Assembly: GCF_000981445.1 (NCBI RefSeq)
Contig: NC_027216.1
Coordinates: 1,240,001-1,304,000, forward strand
Source of the DNA: Babesia bigemina
Taxonomy: Eukaryota
Direction: 5' to 3'
DNA: 64,000 bases
Shown one piece after another: positions 27,205 to 38,839 of this stretch. Every line of letters starts with the position of its first letter. Within the stretch, counting starts at the first letter, position 1. The notes under the pieces were generated by a model. That model was not told the origin of the DNA. It saw only the letters and a list, made by a program, of their open reading frames with translations, and did not search any database. Made by a program: the position numbers and the translations under genes.

Positions 27205-27315
27205 ACTCAAGTAAAAAATCTTACACTTTTTAGCTATAGTGAACACAAGCGGGTGACGCGAGACACAAGCGACCACACGCATTTAGTGCTTGCGCTACAC
27301 ATATAGAAATTACAC

Positions 27316-30300
27316 ATGGGAGTGCCGGTGTGTAGCCAGGCGTCTCTCTTTGAACGCCTTTGGAGGCGGTACAATGGCTCCTGTATGCTCGTCAAGGCCA
27401 CTGCTTCCGCTCGGGAAGCCATCGCTGCAGGTGGCTTCAAATCCTGCACACAGCTGATAGAAGAAGCTCTTGACAGTGATACTAGCGTTGGAGAGGCAGC
27501 CAAGCACGAATTCGACTGTGAAGAAACTCTCGAGGAGGGAGATCTCGACACGCACTTGCTCAACGTAATAGCGGACAATACTCCAGATTTCTGCGCTCAA
27601 GACATAGATTTCGATGGGTATCCGCCGTGGTTTATCCAATGGGCTCTCACGCTCGCAACAATCGCGCGATGTGCTCGCAATAAAACGTTGGATATTGATC
27701 CCGCCGGAAGAGGCATAATGGCTTTTTGCACATCGACGGAGGATGTGGAGAACGTGACAAACATGCTGAAAGGTTCAGAATCTACCACGTTCAGGTGTCT
27801 AGTAGTGATAGGAGAGACGAACTCAGATGAATTTATGGACCGTTTCAAGAGCATGTACCAGGACCTAAACCACCACGTTATAAATATTGATGACAAGCCA
27901 TTACGGAGCTGTATAACTGATACAGCCTTTTTGGCCTTCATCTCAAAGATGGTTGAGCTCTATTTGTCTGGAATGCGCGCTGCGGATAACCAATTAAAAG
28001 ATACAACAACTGCCCCGAATGTGCCCTCAAAAACGGCAAAAGGTAAACCAGCCAACACGGATACGTGTGACGTGAGATCTCTGTTGCTGCTGATGAACAG
28101 TGAGTTGCAATCGACTGAGGCAACGGGTTATATAGAAGAAGTATGCCGTGGGACTGAACAAGAGATTCAAGGTGTGGCCTTAGTGTATAGCGCTGTGCTG
28201 CACATGAAAGCTGTAAAAAATGCATCGACATCGCATGATAATAAGACGGATGATGCCGTGGAGAATCCTATAACCGCAGATAATGCCATAGCAGATTTGG
28301 ATAAGGCCATCTCCATTTTCCAGAAATACGGGGCGAAATGGGACGCGTTGCTGACGGCGATTTTGATGGCCACAATAGGAGGTGATTTGGAGGCAAGAAG
28401 ACTCGGATCCATCAGTGCAACCATGGACCTGAAGAGCAATGCAGACTATGCAAGAGCAGCGCTGTCACTCGAACTATGCACCTTTTTCACGGATAAGCTA
28501 AGGAAAAAAATGTTCCATCTTGTAATGGCGGGTCATCTTTACTTGCAAGCGGGGCTTCTAAACCTGACTAAGCGTTGCTACATGTTGGCGGTACCCCTAT
28601 ACAAAGAGAAAGGGTGGGGCTTGGCATCGGACTTTCTATATGGCACCTTAAGCCGATATGATCCATTATACTGTATCGACGCCTTAAATGGCCTTGCTGA
28701 TCGCTGTGAAATGATAAACTGCCACAAATATATGAAAAATTACGAAGATGATTTTTTAAAATCACCTTGGTACAGCGGCGAACGTGAAATGACGCACCTC
28801 AGAAGACTCATGAAGCTTTCTGTGGCCGAGCACGGTGAAGAAGCCATAAAGAACAAAAATTCAGCAGCGGTTGTATCTTGTGCATACGGTCCTTATCCAG
28901 CTCTGGTATACGGCCGAAACGACGGATGCCCTCTAGGTGAGAGTCTACCTTATCTTGTGCGCGTTCCGGTGGTCTTATTACGCAACAGCCAAGGGGTACC
29001 AGGACAAAATTGTGGCCTCCTAAGGATGTCTGCTCTTTACTGTGCTGGCGGAGATATACGTGAGACATCTTACAACACAGCAGACGATTTTGAGGAACAA
29101 GAATCAGCGATTAACAAAGAAGTAAAGAAGAAAGCGGAAGCTAACGATGCTTGGAAACCATATTACGAGTTCATAACTGATTATGGTAATATATCGTACA
29201 GGGTTGACCCTGATTCGGGATACACTCTTCCAAAGAAGAGAACAAAACCGGCAACAAATTACCAATCAGGAGAAGATAGCGTAATTAAACTTGAACTCGT
29301 GAATCCGCTTCACATTGGCATTCATTGTGATGATTTTCATGTCCTTATTAATGGTGCTAACAAAAACTGGTGGGAAAAGGCCACCGTAATTAGCGTACAT
29401 GCTGGGATGGCAGAGGTGACACAATCGAAACCCAAGGACAACTTCGTTTATCTGTCAGAAGGTGAAAGGCGACATGTCTATTTGAGATTCAAGGTAACAA
29501 ATCCGGGTGTGTTTCAAGTCAAGGGCTTAGGTTGGAAACTCTTTGGCTGCGTTTCGTGTTGGGTGCCGCTATACCTGTGCGGGCAACGAAAAACTAAAGG
29601 TGCGCCTTTGGATCACAAAGAAGCTGAAACACTGGAAACGTATCTGGAAGGTCGTTTGAATCACGCTGGACTTTCGCTTTCAGTAAGGGACTATCACCCC
29701 GAGGTCGGAGTCGCGTTGTCGAAAGTGACACGGCTTCCTTCAAACGCCAGGCCGTTAGACGAAGATAACGAACATTTCAACAATGTCAAACAGTTCATGT
29801 CTGCATGTGGGGAAGGGGGCAACTATGCGTTTGAGGATGGATACCTGACCATGGATGACGCCATTGACGGTGAATTTGTAATCACCGAATTGGTTATCAA
29901 GAACCTAGGCGATATCGCAATTAATTCTGCCACCCTAAATGTGAAGACTAGTGGACGATGTCGTTTGACGAATCGTCCCATTGCCTACTCTGCTGAAAGC
30001 CGTGATGTTCGTGTAGTTTGGGAAGACATGGCTAGATGTAACCTGGGATCCATCAGTGGACATAAATCATATCAAGTTACTCTACAAAATGATTCAGATC
30101 TGTTGATATCGCCGAAGGGCACCCTCTCGATTTTTATGCTGGTGGTTCCTCGTGTAATCGACGGGCCGGAGGTTATCTGCATACAGGGGCGTCTTAAAAC
30201 GTCATCCATCCAACACAAATCAGAAGGCCACGTTGCGTTTTGGAGATTCTATGGAGCAGATCGTGGCATCAATGTATGTTATGACTTCGATCATAGTCTG

Positions 30301-30921
30301 CCTAAAATAATTAGGTGCCATTTGGCCAATAACTCGAAAAAGGATGTTAAGTCATTGAGCTTCTACGACGTATCTGGTCAACCACTACAGACACGTGTTC
30401 GGTCTCCAACCTATATGCAAACTTTTGATGCCATTGGATTGAGGAAGGGTTCTCAACTTTCATCGGTTATACCCTTCAACCCGGAAGATGCTAAACTTAC
30501 ACTCAGGTGGGAGTGTGGACATGCGTTTGGTGTGATAACTTCGTGCATCAATATAGACTCAAGTGCGCGTGTACTCGTGAAAGTACGTTCAGAAACGCGT
30601 AATATGAAGTACAAAAAGGCGCCGATGCTTGCTCGTGTAGAGTTCATCTTTGAAAATCCCACTGACCAGACAATTCCATCAATGCAGTTGGAGGCAATGC
30701 CGAATCGGCCTGCGGAATGCCATCACAAATGGTTTTACGTAGGCAGCCTCACAGCAAAGGTCCCAGCCATACCACCTAAATGTAGCAAGAGCGTAAGTTT
30801 CGACGTGCTCCTTCCCCTTCCGGGGGTGTACTTGTTTGCGGGAGGATGCGTCAACATTGCAGCTGCAAGTGGCGTCTTCCTGAGGCCATGTGAACAGTTT
30901 ATGGTTTCAGTGGAGGGTTGA
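27316..30921 (+). CDS. TRAPPC8: TRAPP III subunit Trs85/TRAPPC8-like protein
   Basis: RKKMFHLVMAGHLYLQAG...RCY...YKEKGW motif followed by GE...ELVNPL and Ig-like beta domains; 1201 aa intronless. Confidence 0.8.
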   Translation: MGVPVCSQASLFERLWRRYNGSCMLVKATASAREAIAAGGFKSCTQLIEEALDSDTSVGEAAKHEFDCEETLEEGDLDTHLLNVIADNTPDFCAQDIDFDGYPPWFIQWALTLATIARCARNKTLDIDPAGRGIMAFCTSTEDVENVTNMLKGSESTTFRCLVVIGETNSDEFMDRFKSMYQDLNHHVINIDDKPLRSCITDTAFLAFISKMVELYLSGMRAADNQLKDTTTAPNVPSKTAKGKPANTDTCDVRSLLLLMNSELQSTEATGYIEEVCRGTEQEIQGVALVYSAVLHMKAVKNASTSHDNKTDDAVENPITADNAIADLDKAISIFQKYGAKWDALLTAILMATIGGDLEARRLGSISATMDLKSNADYARAALSLELCTFFTDKLRKKMFHLVMAGHLYLQAGLLNLTKRCYMLAVPLYKEKGWGLASDFLYGTLSRYDPLYCIDALNGLADRCEMINCHKYMKNYEDDFLKSPWYSGEREMTHLRRLMKLSVAEHGEEAIKNKNSAAVVSCAYGPYPALVYGRNDGCPLGESLPYLVRVPVVLLRNSQGVPGQNCGLLRMSALYCAGGDIRETSYNTADDFEEQESAINKEVKKKAEANDAWKPYYEFITDYGNISYRVDPDSGYTLPKKRTKPATNYQSGEDSVIKLELVNPLHIGIHCDDFHVLINGANKNWWEKATVISVHAGMAEVTQSKPKDNFVYLSEGERRHVYLRFKVTNPGVFQVKGLGWKLFGCVSCWVPLYLCGQRKTKGAPLDHKEAETLETYLEGRLNHAGLSLSVRDYHPEVGVALSKVTRLPSNARPLDEDNEHFNNVKQFMSACGEGGNYAFEDGYLTMDDAIDGEFVITELVIKNLGDIAINSATLNVKTSGRCRLTNRPIAYSAESRDVRVVWEDMARCNLGSISGHKSYQVTLQNDSDLLISPKGTLSIFMLVVPRVIDGPEVICIQGRLKTSSIQHKSEGHVAFWRFYGADRGINVCYDFDHSLPKIIRCHLANNSKKDVKSLSFYDVSGQPLQTRVRSPTYMQTFDAIGLRKGSQLSSVIPFNPEDAKLTLRWECGHAFGVITSCINIDSSARVLVKVRSETRNMKYKKAPMLARVEFIFENPTDQTIPSMQLEAMPNRPAECHHKWFYVGSLTAKVPAIPPKCSKSVSFDVLLPLPGVYLFAGGCVNIAAASGVFLRPCEQFMVSVEG

Positions 30922-32312
30922 ATTGACAATGTTTGCGTTATATGCCGTTTTGGGGTTGATGTTGTGGAAATTAGATACGTCTGGCTAAGGCCGATTTCCC
31001 TGCCTGGCAGAACCTACCCCATGTACACGAAAACTTTCTGCGGAGTAGATGAGTCCGTGAGAGCTCAGTCGAGTGGGCGCCAGTGTACCTTCCATAAGAA
31101 AGTGGAGCTACGACAAATTGTGTGTCTGCTATGCTGCCTGGAAAGAGAATCAAACACTATCAATAGGGAGGACAAAGGCCATTCCGCCAGGAGCTTAATT
31201 GTCGGTACCAAATCACATAACGCATTTTTTTATCGATCTTAAACAACTTATCGTAAGCATCGTATGATTTTTGCCAACTGTTGGAGTACAAATTGATTAC
31301 CCATGCATCGAGCATCTCATCCACCTCCAGCTGGTGCATATCTGCTTCATGATGCAGCAACTCTGACCTATATTAACTCTTTCTATATCACTTATGTATT
31401 GACACGCCACGTTGAAGTTGTGATGAAAATGAGATGCCAGTCGAGCATTTGAGATTCCAGAGCTCAGCCCCACCTCCACACTGAGTTCCCAGCAACATCT
31501 GCATATCACGCAATCAGTGAACTACCACATATTTCATTGAGGGATTACAATGTTAGTGTCTAGTCAATCCTACCTATAGATACGTCGGCACTACGCATCA
31601 CGCTAGTCATTGCTTCACGTGATATGCATTACGTTGACGACTAAATGCTTATATCACAATTCTTGCTCGGGTCTGCTGACAATATCGCGTTAGGTTTATA
31701 TTTGGATCTGTAGTGGACTGCCTTACACTTCTGTTTTGCAGTGGCATGTATACTGCCTATGTACACAACTGCAGAATCGGCAGCAATATACAGCCTCATG
31801 ATGTTGATCGTATCAGGTATGATTACATAATGTACGTTCAGAACATGACTATAATGACAGAGTGCACTGTTATGTGATAAAATCCGCTGGGTTTAATACG
31901 CCTCGAAGTCCACCGATACTCCGTCCGCCTGCGCCTGCTGATTTACCGAGCAATGCCAAGCGGCATTAATCGCTCATTCAGCGTACAATGCATAAATCAC
32001 CATACAGAGTAACTTATAAACTGCGGATCTCTACAGATTGACCGTTGGGTGTACGGATCTTTAAACGTGCGACGCTGAAATGTAATTCAGCAACGTGAGT
32101 GATGTATGAGATGCGGGAGACATGACGCGTTGTATTTGCTTGTATGACAATATCAGTATAATTGGCGGAAATAGTATCTACCAATATGGCTATTACAGCA
32201 TTTCCAGACTAGAAATGCCCCGTGATAATTCTTGTGAAGCCATCTCAATGACGACCCGGACGCAAATGTGCTGTTTCGAACTGCTTGCATAGTTTATCTT
32301 AGATATATATAC

Positions 32313-33071
32313 TCAGTAGAATGCCCAGAACCCAGCGAGGTCGTATATGTTGGTAACCATGTGTCTATTAAAACCTAACAACGCACAGGTTACATTTAAA
32401 ACATTCAGATCAGGTGGGAATTCCGGCGTCGCGTAACCCAAGGCTTTCAACACCTTTGGCATATGCTTTTCTGCCTCAAAGTTTGACGCTTTAAACACGC
32501 GTGCTGTACAGATTTTCCACAAACTTTGGATGCCTGCGTATAACATTGGTGCGATCCCCACGAAAATGACCGCGCAAGCTTCCGGCTTTTCCGAACATGA
32601 TGCGTCCCACGTCGCTTCTGGACCGTAAGCAGACTTATACTGGTCGGGGATTTTGATATGATCCAAAAACGTCTTACATCCTTCCACAATCTCACCTATG
32701 TTCTCCGCGATGTTTTCAGCAGTGAGACCCTTTGTCTCTATGACGTTCTCGTAATCGCTGTCTACGATGCGCCCAAACAACCTGTGGCAAAAGCCTACTT
32801 TTCTCATAGGCTTATTGAATCTCCTCAGTATCGCTCTCACGGCCCGCCGGTTCTGAAGCTCAGGTTTCTCCAGGAACTCTTTGGTAATAAGTTTAACTTC
32901 TTCGAGAGCTGGCACCTCCATCTTGCCCACAGGCTTGTCTGCGAGAAATTTGTGAACCGCCTCACCTAAAGCCACCACGTTCTTTTTACCATCGTCTCCC
33001 CTCACGGCTATCAACCAGTCAATGCACTCCTTGAGGTTGTGAGGGGGATCAGTCAACGAATCGTAGACCAT
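32313..33071 (-). CDS. Short ves/VESA-like family protein
   Basis: N-terminal SLTDPPHNLKECIDWL signature, YKSAY...W...C...CAVIF..IAPMLY and C-terminal YDLAGFWAFY; 252 aa with no C-terminal TM segment. Confidence 0.85.
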   Translation of the reverse strand: MVYDSLTDPPHNLKECIDWLIAVRGDDGKKNVVALGEAVHKFLADKPVGKMEVPALEEVKLITKEFLEKPELQNRRAVRAILRRFNKPMRKVGFCHRLFGRIVDSDYENVIETKGLTAENIAENIGEIVEGCKTFLDHIKIPDQYKSAYGPEATWDASCSEKPEACAVIFVGIAPMLYAGIQSLWKICTARVFKASNFEAEKHMPKVLKALGYATPEFPPDLNVLNVTCALLGFNRHMVTNIYDLAGFWAFY

Positions 33072-33679
33072 TTTAAGAAATCGTTACGTTGGTCGACTCC
33101 TATGCATCTACGAATTGTTTGAAATATTAACGGGACGGTTGCAAACAACCGCGTATGTAAAGACAGAGTGGACGCCAGCGGTATCCAAACGCGGAGAACA
33201 ATGCAAGCCTTGTCGCAACTCAATACAAACGCGTTAGATCTATATCACCAACGTTGCCGATACATCAAATAGGCGGGAGATTAAGATACGATAACGTCCG
33301 AGATGCTATGTTTCAGACGTCTCCACCGAATTTACGTGGCATGCAGTGTGTATAACGCGAGTCACAGTTTATTTACATTGCATACAGCAATCGCTCATAC
33401 GAAACCTAACTATGTTAGTACTATTTCGAGTTGACGCCGAAGGTTAAAATGTTGCGACGTATTACGGGGTGTACGTTGCATCGACGATGGAATCTAAGTG
33501 CGCCTTCTTGCTATCAATAGATCAGAGACACAGTGACGAATTCATAAACTATGCGTAGTGTCGTGCGGATGATCATAATTGCGTTTTGCTTTGAGTGTTT
33601 GCCGCATTTTCCGTGTCGAGCGCTTCTGGGCTAATAACATCTACACACTGCGGCAGTTAGACTCCCTATTACAGCAACA

Positions 33680-34970
33680 CATTTATTCCAGCAGCCGTTA
33701 TTAGAGTATCCCGCAGAAGCCGGCGCACTACCGTGTCTGCCACCATTGTGTGTAGGCCACGATGTTCTGTCTATTTGCATACTTATGATGCATGGGCTTT
33801 TTAGACTGTTTTGCTGGTTCTTATGGTAATGGCACACTTTATAAGTGCCTAGTCTTACACCTTGCAACTCCGGGACCGCGTGCCACGGGGCTTAAGCGAA
33901 CCCTGGAACTCGTCGCTGGCACAAAATCGGGATTCCTGAACTGCAGTTTCCGGAGTTCCCATATAAAGTTTATACATAGCATTGTGCGCCAATTTGAACT
34001 TTAATGGAAGTTTATTCCTCCAGATCAGGTTGCCAACTTCCCACCGCATCCGTATGCCACGCTAATGTGCCAACAATTTCCTGCGTGGACCACACTGCAG
34101 GATTAAGATACTGTGAATTCGCGTAAAATCGCAGTCAGCCGCGAAATATCGCATCCTGCAGCTGCCTAAGCGGCAATTTGCATCTCGTACACTCACCCGG
34201 CGGATGACCAAACACCCCCAATTTGCCAACTGCGTCTGAGTATGTTGTTGCTATTGGACTTTATAAGTGACTATAACATCTCAGCCATTGCCACACTAAA
34301 TGAATATGTGAAACTACATTGTCTATCACGTTGCTGGTTATACTTGGTATGCGGCAAAATTAATCTTTGCTCCAGAGTGCATACTGTGCGATGTGGCCAC
34401 GTTTTGCTTGGGTCTGGTTTTCGAGATTACAAGGATATCACGTCGTGCTGTTGATGTAGGGTGCGCGCTCCACATCGCCCAGTTGCCGTACGCTACCGAC
34501 GGCATCCATTCAGTTTTGGTGTTACATAGTCCAGAGTCACACGCTTCTGTGGTGTTAATCTCCGTAATAGCGTCCGATTTCAATTTGAAATATTTCTACA
34601 GGTTTATAGTTCCTATTATAGCTTCTTCACCAGGTTAACATACTTCCTGCATGTTTGCGCTTCAACCAGTCTTGCTTGGTGTTCCACATTTCCTGGACAG
34701 TGATGGTATTCCTGTCGGTATACAATTATTATGCTGTGTTCACTGATTCACTTTAACATAGTCAGGTCACCATTTGCAAATTGCGCCAACGAATATGACG
34801 GTAATGCATCCAAAGGTTCACCATAAACAGAAGCGCGATTTGAGTCGCCTGCTTTACATTTGAAGTGCGTCGCGCAGCAGACAGGTGACATAAGTATTTG
34901 AAATCCATATAGTATGAAACAAAGGTAGATTAAAACTGCATGATGTATATGAACCCATGTCAAAGACACC
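33680..34970 (-). CDS. Possible unresolved multi-exon gene or remnant
   Basis: A series of minus-strand ORF pieces bounded by GT/AG signals; I could not build a consistent phase path. Confidence 0.25.
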
Positions 34971-35147
34971 TATAACGGGTATAATGCGGACACTGCCAAA
35001 CCACCAAAAGGGGGTGCTTAAATCGCATCACCAGCACTACTCTAGGGTGTAAATAGTAGCTGTAATCAATGAGTGTCGCAAATAAAGAAGAGAGGCAAGG
35101 AATTAATCCTCTCATCCCGTGGATGCTGCAAAACTGATAACGGCATG

Positions 35148-35983
35148 CTACGACCCATTGGCATCAAACGAAACAGACGCCGGACCGAATGCCTCACGAT
35201 ACTTGTTGTTGATATCGATTAAGCGACTCTTTGCAAGCTGTTTCGCCGCTTCCTCTAGCCTCTCTTGTAAAAAATCTTCGTATCCACCACCTCCGTAGTC
35301 AACAGTAGTCAAAAAGATACGGCCTGTCGACACATGTATTACACACTGGCTTCTATAGCACAAACATACCACTCTGAGGCGAACAAAGTATCGTAACACC
35401 CACGCTACATTTTTTTTGGAGCTCTTCAGGGGTAGGGTCAGCGATGAATCCACCGGAACCGTTCCGAAGCAGGATTCCGAACTGCACGGCTTGAGGAATC
35501 TCGTGCAATTTTAGTCCTGATATAATCGCACACGTTACCAACGCGTTAAGACACATGGATAGCAAACCGCTGCCTTCCGACAACACCTGTATCCGAACGG
35601 ATACCAACACCTTGCCGAGTGACGACACATCCACTAGATTCTGCAATGTTTTTAGAAGCAAACACTCCATGCCGCGGATGTATCCCTTGACAGGTCCTAA
35701 AGATGGTGGAAGGTTGTGCTAAGTAGGACGCACCTCTAGGAGGACGCACGTAGACCTCAAATGTCGGCCTATGATACGCACCGACCGTGTTACGGTTACG
35801 ATTATCGGCCAAAAAATATATTACGGCCTGTACTGAGGTTGGCTCGCCTTCATCGCCGCTGCCGTCAGCCGATCCAGCGACGGTCAGACGACACGACGGA
35901 CCACTACGAAGAGGATTAAGCTCTACAACCAGCGGTCGCAGGTCCAGATAAGACCGACCGTCGGAACGCAGCATTCCTACCAT
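35148..35983 (-). CDS. RNase PH-domain exosome subunit (Rrp46/Rrp41-like), 3 exons
   Basis: LRSDGR..DLRP, TSVQAVIY, EVYVRP, VRIQVLSEGSGLLSMCLNALVTCAIISG. Confidence 0.85.
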
Positions 35984-36090
35984 GATTATAACAGTGTTTT
36001 ATTACCCCATAGCAGACGGAGACGCCTGGCAAAAATCTTATGGGGAACAGATCGGTGACACTGTTTGTGCGACCATAACTGGGCCGACGC

Positions 36091-37197
36091 TTAGTCTACT
36101 TCAATGTCCTCTACGATGATCTGGTCCTTGATTCTCAATATTTTCTCCCGGAGCACAGCCGTTGCACCCAAAGGAATGGATCGAGGGATAGGGGCATACG
36201 TGCGGGAGCCAACCACGGCATGGGCACGTGTGTGTTTAGCGCCATGCCTGTCGATAACGCATACGTCTACATTGCCACCTGAACCCAGGTCGTTCAAAAT
36301 ACCGGCGCTTATGGCCTTGGTCGCCAAAGCGACCGCCTCGGCAATCGTCATGCCGTCTCGATAGCCTGCGTGGAGTTGGAGAATGTTACAATTAAAAACC
36401 GATGAGCAATAGCGGGACGTAATTTGCAGATACGCATAGAGTCCAATATGTATCAAAACGGATCACACCGTGAAACCATGGTGCACTAAATGATAGGTGG
36501 TGGTATGTCAGTAATTCACAATGGACGCCACCCTAATGAGTGTAATCACACTGCAAACAAGAACGCTTCCAATGTAATCACATTTAACGAACAAACACAG
36601 GCTGCATCGAATGCAAACGCACCTTCTTCAAGCACACTCATGGCATTCAGCGAACCCGAACCCATAGTGCAAAACGGCAGCGAATCAGACGAACCGCGAG
36701 GCGAAACGCTGAAGAGATGAGGACCCAAGGTATCGTATCCACCCAAGATGAGGGCGCATTGCTTGTAACCCTGGTACTTGAACAACTCGTGCACTAACAT
36801 CGACACGCACATCTGCACCTTTGGCCGTTGCTTTAGGTTCAAACGCATCAACTCAATGTTGTTTTCCAGCCAGAGAGTTGTGTGTTCCAGGTCGGCGGCT
36901 ATGCCCGCACCGGCGCAGTAGATGAAGTCCGATATACGGTGGAGCTTAGAACAATTCTTGTCGGCAACGATGGGACCGGCAGTAGCACGGGTGTCGGCTG
37001 CTAGTACGACGCCTTCCTTCACTAACACACCGCAAATCGTGGTACCAGTTTTGAGCACCTTGAAACCTGCGAAATGTGTACGATATCGCGAGTAACAAAC
37101 CCTTCACCGAGTCCTTGATGCGCGCGTTTCGCGCACAGTTGGCGAAGTCCCAGCCGCCATGCTGAGACATATAATCGCGCACGTAACTGAAATCCAT
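36091..37197 (-). CDS. PSMB7: Proteasome subunit beta type-2 (PSMB7/Pup1), 3 exons
   Basis: Propeptide [19 protein letters not shown] active-site Thr; [25 protein letters not shown]. Confidence 0.95.
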
Positions 37198-37310
37198 CGT
37201 AACATAAGTACGCGAAAATTTTAGGATGGAGACAACCGCAGGCCACCAGCGCGGAAGGTACCATCAGTGGGGAACGCAACAGCCACTAAGTCGCATTGCC
37301 ACTCGACACA

Positions 37311-37951
37311 ATGCTCGAATATCAGAGTGAAGACTGCTCTTCACGCAATGTGATGCTAGCGTCGAGTCTTTTCTGCAGCTGCGGAACTCCTTTCGTGGAT
37401 AAGTATAGACATGTACGTCAAATAGTCTTGGTGCTAACAGCATTCAGGCGCCCTGCTATCACGTCGTCTGCGGCAGCTGCGTAATAAGCGGCCCTTCGCA
37501 CGACATATGCCCTGTGTAAGTGCAGCCGGAGCGCGAGCTTTAAGTTATCAGGTGCAACGTCAGAAGTGAAACGCTCCAGCTCATACACCCAAACGATGAT
37601 GTACACATATGCACGTCTAATGGATGCAATAAAGCTTTCCTCAACTTCCAAAGCCTCAGAGGACACGCCAGTGTTGCGCATGACATTGAAGTAGGATCTG
37701 AAGTGGAATTCTACACCCAGACTGGTGATACTGCCGTCCAGTTTGGTGACGTTCAGCGCATACTGCAAGATCCCGCCAGCGACTCGGCACAAGACGAACT
37801 TGATGAACCCGAAGAGGAAGACATTAATATGAGCACTGATCCAGCCACCGACACGAAGCCAAAACGTCTGCCTAACGCTGAAAGGTCCAAGGCGGCGAAG
37901 GATACATATCGCAATCGGCAGCAACCTGACGACCTCGAAGAGCTTATGTGA
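37311..37951 (+). CDS. Hakai/CBLL1-like RING + C2H2 zinc-finger protein, 3 exons
   Basis: Introns 37413-37447 and 37516-37551 give FCSCGTPFVDKYRHAPCYHVVCGSC...ICPVC...HICTSNGCNKAFLNFQSLRGHASVAH followed by an acidic tail. Confidence 0.75.
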
Positions 37952-38839
37952 CATCGCAGCGGACGTATACCATTTCAGAGATATGTTGTAATAATGCTCT
38001 GACCATCGTATTTCTTTCGGTCACGGTAAAATGTCTTTCCGATTCTGACCGCGGATTACAATCGCAGTACGCCTTTGGCAGCGCCCGGAATATAACAAAG
38101 GTCCAACAGAACCTACGTCTGAGAAAAGTCGAACTAGATTAAAGCATACGTATGTATCTCTTAATATGGAACTCTCGTGACATTGTCTTTTTGATGGTCA
38201 GAGTGCCATGGGAAGCGACCGGGGCTAAAATGTTCCGCGGTGTTATACACCGAATAACACCCTATTATGCATCAGAAGGCTGGATAATCAACCATATATA
38301 GTACTGTATGACACTATACGTAAGGGTATAACGCGTGGTAACGAACCACCTCGTCGGGATCAACAACATCCATCATGAGCGACAGCTGCTGCGGTATGTG
38401 GCTTCACTAGCTACTGTGTCAGAATGGCCGTCAACAAAAAACTGATGAAATTAAATTAAAAGCGCCATTACACCGCTACGACGCTTCAAAGCGCTAGTAT
38501 ATGCGTCGTGTAGATACTGCTAGCGTCGGTGATGCTGCCTATCAGGAAGGACCACACAACTTCCACACACCTCATATAAGGGGCGACTTCTGTTCGGTAA
38601 ACATAAGGTACAGGCTTCTGAGAAAAGAAGTCGTTGTATAGTGCCCCGGTTACCGGCACAAATGCGACACATTTTTTAGGCGTCCTATGGATACGCAGAT
38701 AACTAGAACTGAAGCTGTGCTTCTTCCACTGACACAGACATGTCTTACACATATTTACTAAAGCTTGTATGAATAGAAAATCATTAGGGAGGTAGCGGAT
38801 TGCGAATAAAAACGGAGACAGGCATAATCACATTACGGC

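Noticed and set aside
30971..31610. Minus-strand exon-like pieces, including an in-frame TGA after WRWG (possible selenocysteine)
   Set aside because: No consistent splice path, no redox motif and no identifiable SECIS; a small gene may exist but cannot be supported.
37418..37954. 178 aa minus-strand ORF
   Set aside because: Antisense shadow of the better-supported Hakai-like gene.
38000..38800. Possible small gene or snoRNA between the Hakai-like gene and BRCA2
   Set aside because: The short ORFs lack recognisable motifs, and there is no properly spaced C/D box pair with a terminal stem.
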